This document shows, one piece after another, positions 1-9,081 of a stretch of DNA of 43,160 bases. The position numbers and the translations under genes are program-made. A model generated the notes under the pieces. The model was not told the DNA's origin. It was given only the letters and a program-made list of their open reading frames with translations, and ran no database searches. Every line of letters begins with the position of its first letter. Position 1 is the stretch's first letter. Where the stretch lies: contig JAGGVA010000031.1 in NCBI GenBank assembly GCA_021158195.1, forward strand, positions 1 through 43,160. Reading direction: 5' to 3'. The stretch is from a bacterium. Its GTDB lineage: Bacteria > Patescibacteriota > Minisyncoccia > Minisyncoccales > PEYH01.

Positions 1-218
1 CGAGCGTAACTCAATAAAATAATCGCTTTTTTATTTCGTCAAAATTCTTAAGAGAAAGCCAAATCCACCGGAAGACAAGGTTTCTGCTGGTTATTTTGCT
101 TTTATTGTTGAAAAATTTAGAGGAAACAGAAATTTTAAAAATACTCAGTTCCGTTCCAAAATAGGTTTTAATCTTTAAGTAAAAGGATAATTTAATCTTT
201 GGATTATATTCATAGTTA

Positions 219-1301
219 TCAATCCTTAAATAGTGTTCCGCGATATGTATGGATAAAAGTTTTTATGAAAGTAACCAGCCAAAAAATAACTAAAAGCCAA
301 TATAGGGCAAAACCGATGTAATCTATTAGTTGAATCTCAAATATCGATGAAATTGTATGGCTTGCGGCTACATATGCTCCGAGAGGAAAAGTGAAAGCCC
401 ACCAAGACATTGCATACGGAAGTTTTAATCTTTTTATATAATGTAAGGTCAACGCAATGGCCATTATAACCCACCATATACCAAATCCCCAAAATAGAAA
501 TCCAAATATAAAGAAAGGTTCTTTTATAGTTACAAACGATGAGTTTTTGATAAGATTAACCAATGCAACAGTTCCTGCTCCGATGGGTCCAAGGTTTATC
601 CATATGGTTGGAGCCAAGGTGTTTGGTAAAGGGTGGTGAAGGATAAAACGATACATTGCTATTGCCAGCAATGAGAGATAAATAAAAAAACCTGCCCCCC
701 ATCCAAAATAGTTAAGGAATATAACAAACTCCTGTGTTAGTCCTGAAAGATGTGGTATAATTAAACTTCCGGCAACTGGAATTACAATTAGTCCAACCGG
801 AGGAATAAACCATGCAGGATTTATGTGGTCAAGTTTAACATGTTCGCCTTTAAACATTATATATGGTGTTAATATGCCGAAAAATATTGTGAGAAGCGTT
901 CCTATAAACCAAAAAATCTCTCCTATCTCCATATTTTTGCCGATTACGATAAAATCCGCTGCCAAGACAAGCATACCTATTGCTATTGTAGCGTAAAAGT
1001 TTGAGATTACTGGATGCTCTAAATCATTCAGTGCCTCTTTTCTGAAAAATATCCACCTGAAGGTCCAGGGGATTAATAAAATAAAAAAGAGAGCGATATT
1101 GAAGTAAAACAGGATATAGGCTAGATTTTTTAGAAAGGGAATATACTGAGAATAAAATGAACTGGTTATAGCCAGTATTCCCGTTCCCATAATACTCGCA
1201 AACCAAGAGGGCGAGAAATTCTTTATAATTTGAAATTTGTATTGTATCTCTTTCAAGATGCCAGCCCGATTTTTTATATTTGTTGATAAATTTTGAATCA
1301 T
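219..1301 (-). CDS. TDT (TehA/Mae1/Ssu1) family anion transporter, polytopic membrane protein
   Basis: 360-aa ORF with about 10 hydrophobic segments. N-terminal 'FSPSWFASIMGTGILAITS' resembles the TDT family signature. Lies 14 nt downstream of the arsR-like gene on the same strand. Confidence 0.7.
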   Translation of the reverse strand: MIQNLSTNIKNRAGILKEIQYKFQIIKNFSPSWFASIMGTGILAITSSFYSQYIPFLKNLAYILFYFNIALFFILLIPWTFRWIFFRKEALNDLEHPVISNFYATIAIGMLVLAADFIVIGKNMEIGEIFWFIGTLLTIFFGILTPYIMFKGEHVKLDHINPAWFIPPVGLIVIPVAGSLIIPHLSGLTQEFVIFLNYFGWGAGFFIYLSLLAIAMYRFILHHPLPNTLAPTIWINLGPIGAGTVALVNLIKNSSFVTIKEPFFIFGFLFWGFGIWWVIMAIALTLHYIKRLKLPYAMSWWAFTFPLGAYVAASHTISSIFEIQLIDYIGFALYWLLVIFWLVTFIKTFIHTYRGTLFKD

Positions 1302-1315
1302 ATTTTATATCAATG

Positions 1316-1630
1316 TTAATCCTCTTTTAAGTTTAAAAATTTATTTAGTAAATTTAAGTATTTTTTGACAACCTTTTTATTTATTTTGTAAAAAATTTTT
1401 ACTCCTTCTTTTCTTGATGAAATTAGATCAAAATCTTTTAGAACTTTCAAATGGTGAGAGACAAGATTTTGGGGTAATTTTAAGTATTGCCAGATTTCAC
1501 AGACACATTTTTCATCTCTTTCCAAAAGGCGTAAAATTTTAATACGATTTTCTTCGGATATTATTTTTAAAAAATCTAACACTTGTCTTAATTTTCTTTC
1601 TGACTTATTTTTACAACGATCTGATTTCAT
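1316..1630 (-). CDS. ArsR/SmtB family metalloregulatory transcription repressor
   Basis: 104 aa. Winged-HTH 'RIKILRLLERDEKCVCEIWQYLKLPQNLVSHHLKVLKDFDLI' with a CVC metal-site motif in helix 3. Confidence 0.85.
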   Translation of the reverse strand: MKSDRCKNKSERKLRQVLDFLKIISEENRIKILRLLERDEKCVCEIWQYLKLPQNLVSHHLKVLKDFDLISSRKEGVKIFYKINKKVVKKYLNLLNKFLNLKED

Positions 1631-1642
1631 AAATTTAATTTA

Positions 1643-1658
1643 ATCAATCTACATTGAT
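1643..1658. promoter_or_regulatory. Candidate ArsR operator (inverted repeat ATCAAT-CTAC-ATTGAT)
   Basis: Perfect 6-4-6 inverted repeat 13 nt upstream of the arsR-like start codon. Confidence 0.3.
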
Positions 1659-1858
1659 ATATTATCTCCTTTCAATCTTTTTGTCAAGTCTGCTTTGCCG
1701 CGCCGAAGACGCGGACATCTTTCATTAATCAAGAATTTTTGATAAAATAAGAAGTATAATTGTCTTCGACAATCAGAACCTTGTTTCCTCAACAACTAAA
1801 GGTTGTTTGGGAAATAAGTTCGAGCAGAGTTGTATAACCACACCTGAAGTTAATCTCG

Positions 1859-3133
1859 ATGAGAAAAAAATTTTTTCTTCAAACCTACGGATGTAAATTA
1901 AATCAGGCGGATTCAGAAATTATTAGAGGGATTCTTTTAAAAAATTTTCAGGAGGCCTCGGAAAAGGAGGCTGATTTTGTCGTAATTAATAGTTGTGGAG
2001 TTATTCAGAAAACAGAAAACAAGATTATAAGGAAGATAAAATCTTTGAAAAAGAATAAGAAAAAGATTATCTTAGCGGGATGTCTTCCATTGATAAATCC
2101 GGAAATTATGAATATGGTTGAAGGAGTAATTGGTCCCGAAGATCTTCTTATGATTAACGAAGTGGCTTTAGAAGTTCTAAGAGGAAAAAAAGTAATAAAG
2201 ATCTCTAAAAGGAAAATTAATAAGGCAAAATATTATTCTTATAGAGTAATTGATAAAGATTCTTGTGTGGCAATTGTGCCGATTTCTGAGGGATGTATGG
2301 GAAATTGTTCCTATTGCGCTACAAAATTTGCCAGAGGCAAACTGAAAAGTTATAAAATTGAGGATATTATAAAAGAAATTAATTATTTTTTAGACGCAGG
2401 AGCAAAAGAGATTCATTTAACTTCCCAAGATTTGGGATGCTTTGGTTTAGATAGAGACAGTTTAGAATTGCCAAAATTATTAAAGGAAATCCTTAAAATA
2501 AACAAAGAATTTAGGGTAAGATTGGGAATGGCTAACCCTTCTTATATCAAACTAATAATAAAGCCACTGATTAGTATTTTAAAAGAGGAAAAAATTTATA
2601 AGTACTTGCATATTCCAGTTCAAAGCGGATCTGACAAAATATTAAGATTAATGAAAAGGAGATATAGGGCAGATGATTTTAGAGAAATGGTTTCTCTTTT
2701 AAGAAGAGAAATTCCAGAAATTACTATTGTCACCGATTTCATTGTTGGGTTCCCTCAAGAAACAGGAAAAGATTTTCAAAAAAGCGTGCAATTAATTAAA
2801 GAGACCAAGCCAAATATTATTAATATCACAAAATTTTCACCAAGAAAAAATACAGAGGTATCAAAATTAAAGGATTTACCTGAGAGAGTTAAGACAGAGA
2901 GATCTAGATTTTTAAATTTAATTTCTCAAGAAATAAAAACAAAAGATCAGAAGAAATATTTAGGCAGAATTTTCAAAAAAATTCTAATCGCTCAAAAAGG
3001 AAAAGATAATACTTTAATTGCTCGTTTACCTAACTTTAAAGCAGTTATTTTAAAAAATGGTAAAGTAGGGGAGTGGGTTGATGTAAAAATTGTTGATTGG
3101 AGAGAAAACTATCTTCTGGGAGAAATTGTCTAA
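1859..3133 (+). CDS. Radical-SAM tRNA methylthiotransferase, MiaB/MtaB (CDKAL1-like) family
   Basis: N-terminal UPF0004 'FLQTYGCKLNQADSE', radical-SAM 'CMGNCSYCATKFARG', and a C-terminal TRAM-like domain. Confidence 0.85.
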   Translation: MRKKFFLQTYGCKLNQADSEIIRGILLKNFQEASEKEADFVVINSCGVIQKTENKIIRKIKSLKKNKKKIILAGCLPLINPEIMNMVEGVIGPEDLLMINEVALEVLRGKKVIKISKRKINKAKYYSYRVIDKDSCVAIVPISEGCMGNCSYCATKFARGKLKSYKIEDIIKEINYFLDAGAKEIHLTSQDLGCFGLDRDSLELPKLLKEILKINKEFRVRLGMANPSYIKLIIKPLISILKEEKIYKYLHIPVQSGSDKILRLMKRRYRADDFREMVSLLRREIPEITIVTDFIVGFPQETGKDFQKSVQLIKETKPNIINITKFSPRKNTEVSKLKDLPERVKTERSRFLNLISQEIKTKDQKKYLGRIFKKILIAQKGKDNTLIARLPNFKAVILKNGKVGEWVDVKIVDWRENYLLGEIV

Positions 3134-3209
3134 TTCTTGCCAAAAAGAAAAATTTATTGTAAAAGAAAGATAGGACATTAAGAGTATAAAAGGAAAAAGG
3201 AGGCGGGAG

Positions 3210-3812
3210 ATGATAAAGGTTGGTTATATTGCGGCTCGTAGGCCAGGAAATATGGTTTTTCTTCCTCAAGATATTGTTAGAAAGAATGGCAGTTCTTTGC
3301 CCGGTGTTTTGAAAAATTTAGAAATTACTGCCGGGTTTCGCAAGAAAAAGGTAGAATTAACTCGAGGAGATTTTGTATTCAGCGTTGTTTTGAACCATGG
3401 GGTAAGATTTTGGGTGAGTATTTCTGCGGATTTTTTGGAATATTGTACTCGACCAATGTATTCTTTTTCGCCTAGATCTGATGCAGTTTATTATTTTCAG
3501 GGAATAATGAAGCCGGACTGGGGCATTTTAGTGCAAAAAATACCTCCCTTAAAGGAAACCTCTTGTCATTATCACACCGAAAGAGATGAATGGGTTTTCC
3601 CTCTTTTTGGATTTGGGAGGGCAAAAAACTGCGCTATTGGTGAGGATTTTCCTCTGCTTAAAAGGGAGATTATCTTTTTCCCACGCGGAATTTATCATTC
3701 TCTTGAGGCTGGTAAACACCACGGTCTTGTAACCGTAATCATCCTAAAGGGAGTTAAAACGGTTGAGGAAATACTTCAAAGTGACCATATCTTCTATCAG
3801 GGGGCAGGATAA
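3210..3812 (+). CDS. Cupin-domain protein (C-terminal half); N-terminal ~100 aa unknown
   Basis: 'CHYHTERDEWVFPLFG...GIYHSLEAG' is a cupin metal-site-like pattern. Strong SD GGAGG at 3199-3203, 6 nt before the ATG. Has its own terminator. Confidence 0.5.
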   Translation: MIKVGYIAARRPGNMVFLPQDIVRKNGSSLPGVLKNLEITAGFRKKKVELTRGDFVFSVVLNHGVRFWVSISADFLEYCTRPMYSFSPRSDAVYYFQGIMKPDWGILVQKIPPLKETSCHYHTERDEWVFPLFGFGRAKNCAIGEDFPLLKREIIFFPRGIYHSLEAGKHHGLVTVIILKGVKTVEEILQSDHIFYQGAG

Positions 3813-3832
3813 GCCCCCTGTTTATTTTTTTT
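3798..3832 (+). terminator. Rho-independent terminator
   Basis: CAGGGGG (3798-3804), 9-nt loop, CCCCCTG (3814-3820), followed by TTTATTTTTTTT. The stem overlaps the stop codon of the cupin gene. Confidence 0.8.
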
Positions 3833-3857
3833 AAAAAAAATAGTAGAATATTGTAAT

Positions 3858-4916
3858 ATGCGTAAGTATTTATTTTCGGGCATTCTTTTTTTGTCTGGTA
3901 TTGTTTTGTTTTTGCTAGCATTGGGGAAATCAGAGATTTTGAAGGTTTTAGAATCGCTTAAAAACTTCTGGTCTTTAAATCTCTTATGGGTCTTTTTGCT
4001 TATTTTGATGGGTAATGTGGTTGGTGGTTTTCGCTGGTATGTAATTTTAAAGACAAAATTTCAGAAGATTAGTTTTTGGAAAACTCTGTGGGCAAAATTT
4101 GTAGGATTTGCTTTTAGTTACATTACGCCAATGGTTTTTATGGGAGGCGAACCATCGAGGTATCTTGTGTTAAGAGAGGAAGAGAAGAAGAACGTAGGCA
4201 ATGATTCAGGATTTATTATTGTTTCTATTATTGTAGATAAATTGATTTTTCTAATAGCATCAACTACAATGTTTTTCGTCGGCCTGTTCTTTTTAATTTA
4301 TTATCTTCAGGCAGGATGTCTTTGGATTCTTTTCTTTTGTTTGGTTGCGTGTTTTGTCTTTATTGTTTTGCCGATTTTTTTAATCAAACTCAAAAGAAAT
4401 TTGAAAAAAAACAACAAAAATATTGTAGAATGGATTATTGAGAAACTTTATTTGAAAAAAATTAAATATTTTCGTCAAAAAGATAATTCTTTAAAAAATA
4501 TAGAAGAAGAAACGGTTAAATTTTTTAGCCAGAAGAGGAAATTTCTTAAAATTCTTTCACTTTCCTTTTTAGAACACGCTTTTACTCTTTCTGCTTTTTG
4601 GGTTATAGTAAAAACCATAGAAAATCGCTTTATTGAAGGAGGAAAAATATTAGCCATTGGCACGCTCTTACAACTTTCTTATGTGTTTCCGAGCCCTGCT
4701 GCTTTGGGAAGTTTGGAAGTAAGTCAAACATATGGTTTTCCTGTTGTAGGTCTTTTGAGTAGTCACGGGCTTGCTTTCACTCTAATTTTAAGGGGAGTAA
4801 ATATTGTCATTGTTATTTTTGGAATGATATTATTTTTATGGTTTGAACTACGTCTCTGGAAAAATAAAATTTTAGAATTTCTTTGTAGGTTAATCTATGA
4901 CAAAAAAGACCAATAA
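3858..4916 (+). CDS. Flippase-like / UPF0104 (lysyl-PG synthase TM-region type) membrane protein
   Basis: 352-aa polytopic protein. 'GGFRWYVILK...FSYITPMVFMGGEPSRYLVLRE' fits the LPG_synthase_TM-type pattern. Confidence 0.6.
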   Translation: MRKYLFSGILFLSGIVLFLLALGKSEILKVLESLKNFWSLNLLWVFLLILMGNVVGGFRWYVILKTKFQKISFWKTLWAKFVGFAFSYITPMVFMGGEPSRYLVLREEEKKNVGNDSGFIIVSIIVDKLIFLIASTTMFFVGLFFLIYYLQAGCLWILFFCLVACFVFIVLPIFLIKLKRNLKKNNKNIVEWIIEKLYLKKIKYFRQKDNSLKNIEEETVKFFSQKRKFLKILSLSFLEHAFTLSAFWVIVKTIENRFIEGGKILAIGTLLQLSYVFPSPAALGSLEVSQTYGFPVVGLLSSHGLAFTLILRGVNIVIVIFGMILFLWFELRLWKNKILEFLCRLIYDKKDQ

Positions 4917-6078
4917 ACATTTCTTAATTTTATTTCTATTACTTTTTGCCGTTCTTGGAGGAGCGGGTGCAGGTTTTTATTTTGGTTCAGATTACACACG
5001 TCAACATTATAATCAACTTTCTCAAAAAATCGATGTAACCGCTATTTTAGATGCTTTAAATATTATAGAAGAAAAGTATGTTGGCGATATTGATTATCAG
5101 AAAATGCTTTATGGAGCAATAAGGGGTTTAGTAAGGGGGGTTGGAGACGATTATACAGATTATTTTGATCCTCAAGAGGCGAAGTTATTTCAGGAGGATA
5201 TTTCGGGGTCTTTTGAGGGTGTAGGTATTGAGATAACTATGAGAGATGGCCAATTGGTAGTAGTGTCTCCTATAGAGGGCACACCTGCTTATAAGGCAGG
5301 AATTCTTCCTAAAGATAAAATTTTAAAAATAGACGATACCCTTACCAATGAGTTGACATTAGAAGAAGCCGCCTTGAGGATAAGGGGTAAAAAAGGAACA
5401 CCTGTTAAACTAACAATTTACAGAGAGGGATGGAAAGAACCAAAGGAAATAGAGATTATTAGGGATAAAATAATAATCCCCTGGGTGAAAGTGGAATTTA
5501 TTGATGACGATATAGCGCATCTAAGTATTCTCCAATTCCCAGAAAATGTTGATAGTCAGTTTAGGGAGGCAGCCCAAAAGATATTAGACAAAGGTGTTAA
5601 AAAAATTATTTTGGATCTCAGAAATAATCCCGGCGGTATTTTTAGTAAGGCAATAGATATTGCCGGTTGGTTTTTGGAAAGGGGAGATGTAGTTGTTTAT
5701 GAAAAACTTTCTGATGGTACAGAAATTCCATATCAAGCAAAAGGTAATAGTAAATTGAGCGATGCCAAACTTGTTATTCTTGTAAACGAAGGTACAGCCT
5801 CTGCTTCAGAAATTTTAGCGGGAGCATTGAAAGAGAACAAAAAAAATGTTAAGTTGATAGGAGAGAAGACATTTGGTAAAGGTACAGTTCAGGAGGCAGT
5901 TAATTTTAGAGAGGGCTTAATTAAGGTTACGGTGGCTTATTGGTTAACTCCCCATAAAAAAATGATAGAAAAATTTGGGTTGCAGCCTGACATTGAAGTA
6001 AAAATGACAGAAGAAGGTTTAGAGGCAAATAGAGACCCGCAATTAGAAAAGGCGATAGAAATTATCAAAAGTTTATAA
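4897..6078 (+). CDS. S41 family C-terminal processing peptidase with PDZ domain
   Basis: N-terminal TM anchor. PDZ '[40 protein letters not shown]'. Also 'LDLRNNPGG', catalytic Ser region '[15 protein letters not shown]' and Lys region '[11 protein letters not shown]'. Confidence 0.9.
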   Translation: MTKKTNKHFLILFLLLFAVLGGAGAGFYFGSDYTRQHYNQLSQKIDVTAILDALNIIEEKYVGDIDYQKMLYGAIRGLVRGVGDDYTDYFDPQEAKLFQEDISGSFEGVGIEITMRDGQLVVVSPIEGTPAYKAGILPKDKILKIDDTLTNELTLEEAALRIRGKKGTPVKLTIYREGWKEPKEIEIIRDKIIIPWVKVEFIDDDIAHLSILQFPENVDSQFREAAQKILDKGVKKIILDLRNNPGGIFSKAIDIAGWFLERGDVVVYEKLSDGTEIPYQAKGNSKLSDAKLVILVNEGTASASEILAGALKENKKNVKLIGEKTFGKGTVQEAVNFREGLIKVTVAYWLTPHKKMIEKFGLQPDIEVKMTEEGLEANRDPQLEKAIEIIKSL

Positions 6079-6082
6079 AAAT

Positions 6083-6553
6083 ATGAAAGTTATTCTTTTA
6101 AAAAACATAAAAAATTTAGGGCAAAAGTATGAAATTAAAACTGTAAAGGATGGCTATGCAAGGAATTATCTTATTCCCCAAGGTTTAGCAATTCCGGCAA
6201 CCAAAGAAAAAATAGAATGGGCATTAAAACAACAGGAAGTCTATGCTAAGAAAGCCGAAGAGAAATTAAAGAAAGTACAGGAAATGGCAGAAAGGTTAGA
6301 TGGTCAAGAGATTATATTCTCTGTAAAAGTCGGAGAGAAAGATCAATTATTTGAAAATATAAATAGCGCGAAGATAGCCCAGAAGTTAAAAGAGATGGGC
6401 TTCGAAGTAAAGAAAAATCAAGTTATTTTAGAAGAACCCATTAAAGAATTAGGAGAATATCAAATTAAACTAGCCCTTGAAGAAGGGCTTGAACCTCAGA
6501 TTACAGTAGTTGTTGTTGCAGAGGAAAATTCAAAAAAGGAAGAAGAATTATAG
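6083..6553 (+). CDS. rplI: 50S ribosomal protein L9
   Basis: '[40 protein letters not shown]' is a typical L9 N-terminus. Confidence 0.95.
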   Translation: MKVILLKNIKNLGQKYEIKTVKDGYARNYLIPQGLAIPATKEKIEWALKQQEVYAKKAEEKLKKVQEMAERLDGQEIIFSVKVGEKDQLFENINSAKIAQKLKEMGFEVKKNQVILEEPIKELGEYQIKLALEEGLEPQITVVVVAEENSKKEEEL

Positions 6554-6820
6554 TACATTTACCACTTTTGCTTTTCTCTTCGTGCCGTCAAATCTGGTGA
6601 TTCGCTTTGTTTGAAATTTAACCACGCCCTCTTTTACAGCATAGAGAGTGTCGTCTTTTCCTCGACGGACATTTTTACCGGGTATAAATCTTGTTCCTCT
6701 TTGGCGAACAATAATCATTCCCGGTTTTACTTTTTGGCCATCAAAGACTTTTACTCCTAAATATTTTGGTTGAGAATCTCTTCCTAATTTTGTAGATCCA
6801 GCAGATTTTGTTTTCGCCAT
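6548..6820 (-). CDS. rpmA: 50S ribosomal protein L27
   Basis: '[24 protein letters not shown]...[16 protein letters not shown]' matches L27. Confidence 0.95.
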   Translation of the reverse strand: MAKTKSAGSTKLGRDSQPKYLGVKVFDGQKVKPGMIIVRQRGTRFIPGKNVRRGKDDTLYAVKEGVVKFQTKRITRFDGTKRKAKVVNVL

Positions 6821-6850
6821 ACGATAAATTTAATAGTTAGACAATCGGCA

Positions 6851-7036
6851 ATGAATATATTACCAAATTTCTTTCTTAAAGTCAAAGATAAAAAAGAAGA
6901 ACTTCTGAGATTGGCAATTGTATTTTTATCTTTTCTCCTGGCTTTCGGGCTGGGTTTTTTAATTTCAAAAATTATTGATCATCAAGAATTAAAATTTGAA
7001 TATGAAAGTTCCCCAACATCTTGGAATTATTATTGA
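6851..7036 (+). CDS. Small hypothetical single-pass membrane protein (uncertain)
   Basis: 61-aa ORF with one hydrophobic helix. Overlaps the uppS start and has no recognisable motif. Confidence 0.3.
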   Translation: MNILPNFFLKVKDKKEELLRLAIVFLSFLLAFGLGFLISKIIDHQELKFEYESSPTSWNYY

Positions 7037-7688
7037 CGGTAACAGAAGGTGGGCGAGAAAACGTAATCTTTCTAGTTTTTTAGGTCACAGAAAAGGGTTT
7101 GAAAATGTTAGAAAGATTGCAAGATACGCTTTTAAAACAGGGGTGAAATATTTGACAATATTTGCTTTTTCTACTGAAAACTGGAAAAGAGATAAAAAAG
7201 AAGTAGATTACTTAATGAAACTGTTAAAAAATGCTTTTTCCAAGAAATATGTGGAAGAACTTATGGAAAACGAAGTAAAAGTAAATTTTATTGGTCAAAT
7301 TAAAAGATTACCAAAAGAACTTCAGCAAAAAATAAAGGAAGTTGAAGATCTTACCAAAAAAAATGAAAAATATGTATTTAACATAGCGCTTTCATATGGG
7401 GGAAGAGCAGATATTGTTGAAGCAGTAAAAAAAATTATTAAAAAGAGAATTGATGTTGAAAAAATAGATGAGGAGTTGTTTTCAAAATTTTTGTGGACGA
7501 AAGGAATGCCTGACCCTGATTTAGTAATTCGCACCGGAGGCGAACAAAGAATTTCCAATTTTTTGATATGGCAGATGGCATATTCAGAACTTTATTTTTC
7601 CAAAAAATTCTGGCCCGAGTTTAGTAAAGAAGATCTTGATGAGGCTTTTTTAGATTACGCTAAACGCCAAAGGCGATTTGGGAGATAA
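6996..7688 (+). CDS. uppS: Isoprenyl transferase (undecaprenyl-diphosphate synthase)
   Basis: 'HLGIIIDGNRRWA' and 'RTGGEQRISNFLIWQMAYSELYF' are cis-prenyltransferase motifs. Confidence 0.93.
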   Translation: MNMKVPQHLGIIIDGNRRWARKRNLSSFLGHRKGFENVRKIARYAFKTGVKYLTIFAFSTENWKRDKKEVDYLMKLLKNAFSKKYVEELMENEVKVNFIGQIKRLPKELQQKIKEVEDLTKKNEKYVFNIALSYGGRADIVEAVKKIIKKRIDVEKIDEELFSKFLWTKGMPDPDLVIRTGGEQRISNFLIWQMAYSELYFSKKFWPEFSKEDLDEAFLDYAKRQRRFGR

Positions 7689-7698
7689 TTGATAATTT

Positions 7699-9081
7699 AT
7701 GAATTTTAACTACCCAATTTATTTTGTTCATTATGGCATAGGATGGAGAGATGGGGTTAATACAGCATTAAGGAATTTAGCAAAAGGAATTTTAAAAATA
7801 TCTCCCAAAACAAAAATTATATTTATCGGCGGAGAGATAAAAGAGAAGATTATAAAAGGTGCAGATTACTTGGAAATTCCAGAATTAAAACCACCTCCAA
7901 AAAGAGGATCTACAGATAAGAAGAAAGCGCAGGCATTAGGAGAAAAAATTGCTCAAAAACTGGCTTTAGCAACAGAGAAGGGAGGAAGAGTGATAATAGA
8001 AAACCCCTTTTTGGGAAATTATCATCTTCCGGCAATGCTGGGTTTCTCTTTTTATGCTCAAAGATACAAGCCCCAAAAAATAAAGTTGTTTTTTAGGATT
8101 CACGATCTTTATCTTAATTCTTCAAAATATAGACAACCCCTGCGCTATTTCTCAAAAAGTGAAATAAAAGGTTTAATTAACAACAGGGGAGTTGATAAAT
8201 TTTTTGTGGTTAAAAGTTTAAGAAAAAAAGAACTGATTTCTTTGGGTGTTTCATCTCAAAAAATTTTTTATCTTCCCAATGGTGTAGATGCAGAAGTCTT
8301 CTCTTTCAATTTAGCGCAGAAAGAAAAGGAGAAAATATACAGACAAGTTTTTCCTAAAAATTATCAAAAAGAAAGATTTGAGATTATTCTTTATCCGGTA
8401 AGAGTAGTGCCAAGAAAGAATATAGAAGAAGCAATTCTTTTGGTTTATCTATTGAGAAAAATAACAGGTATAAATTATGCTCTGGTAATTTCGGGCAAAA
8501 TTGATGCCAACGATCCAAGATCTAAAGAGTATTATCAAGATCTTTTGAAACTAAAAAGAATGGTAGATTATCCAGTAATTTTTTGCAAGGGAAAATTTCC
8601 TTTTGAGCGGGCAGAAAATAAATACGGAATAGGGAACTTGTATCAAATATCTAGCGCCATCATAATGACAAGCATAGAGGAAGGGTTTGGATATCCTTAC
8701 CTGGAAGCATGGTTTGGGAGGAAATTTTTAATCGGCAGAAAGATAAATGATATCATTAACGATTTTAGTCGATTTGGTCTTGATTTTAGTTGGCTTTATT
8801 CTGCGCTGAAATTTAATACAATAAAAGATATAGGTAAGTGGGGAGGCAAAACTTCAGATTTATATAAAAAAAGGATAAAATTAATTATGAATATTTTGGG
8901 GTCAGAACAAAAGCAGAAAGATTTTCTGAACTTAAACAGAAAAATAATTCTTCAGGCAAAACTTCTTCAAGATCCTTGCAAGCAGCAAGAAATTATTTTA
9001 AAAAACTTCAAGGCGGCTCAAAAGCATTTTAGTATTAGCGAAGTTGCTAAAAAGTTTCTAAAATTAATTTCAAAAAAATGA
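7699..9081 (+). CDS. GT-B fold (GT4-like) glycosyltransferase
   Basis: 460 aa. C-terminal 'TSIEEGFGYPYLEAWF' resembles the GT4 E-x7-E region. Acceptor and donor cannot be assigned by eye. Confidence 0.5.
   Translation: MNFNYPIYFVHYGIGWRDGVNTALRNLAKGILKISPKTKIIFIGGEIKEKIIKGADYLEIPELKPPPKRGSTDKKKAQALGEKIAQKLALATEKGGRVIIENPFLGNYHLPAMLGFSFYAQRYKPQKIKLFFRIHDLYLNSSKYRQPLRYFSKSEIKGLINNRGVDKFFVVKSLRKKELISLGVSSQKIFYLPNGVDAEVFSFNLAQKEKEKIYRQVFPKNYQKERFEIILYPVRVVPRKNIEEAILLVYLLRKITGINYALVISGKIDANDPRSKEYYQDLLKLKRMVDYPVIFCKGKFPFERAENKYGIGNLYQISSAIIMTSIEEGFGYPYLEAWFGRKFLIGRKINDIINDFSRFGLDFSWLYSALKFNTIKDIGKWGGKTSDLYKKRIKLIMNILGSEQKQKDFLNLNRKIILQAKLLQDPCKQQEIILKNFKAAQKHFSISEVAKKFLKLISKK

Noticed and set aside
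1-218. Possible gene end or small gene at the left edge
   Set aside because: Frame 1 stops at nt 7-9 (TAA), which may be the tail of an upstream gene. Three codons cannot be annotated, and the remaining 200 nt has no ORF or structure I can support.
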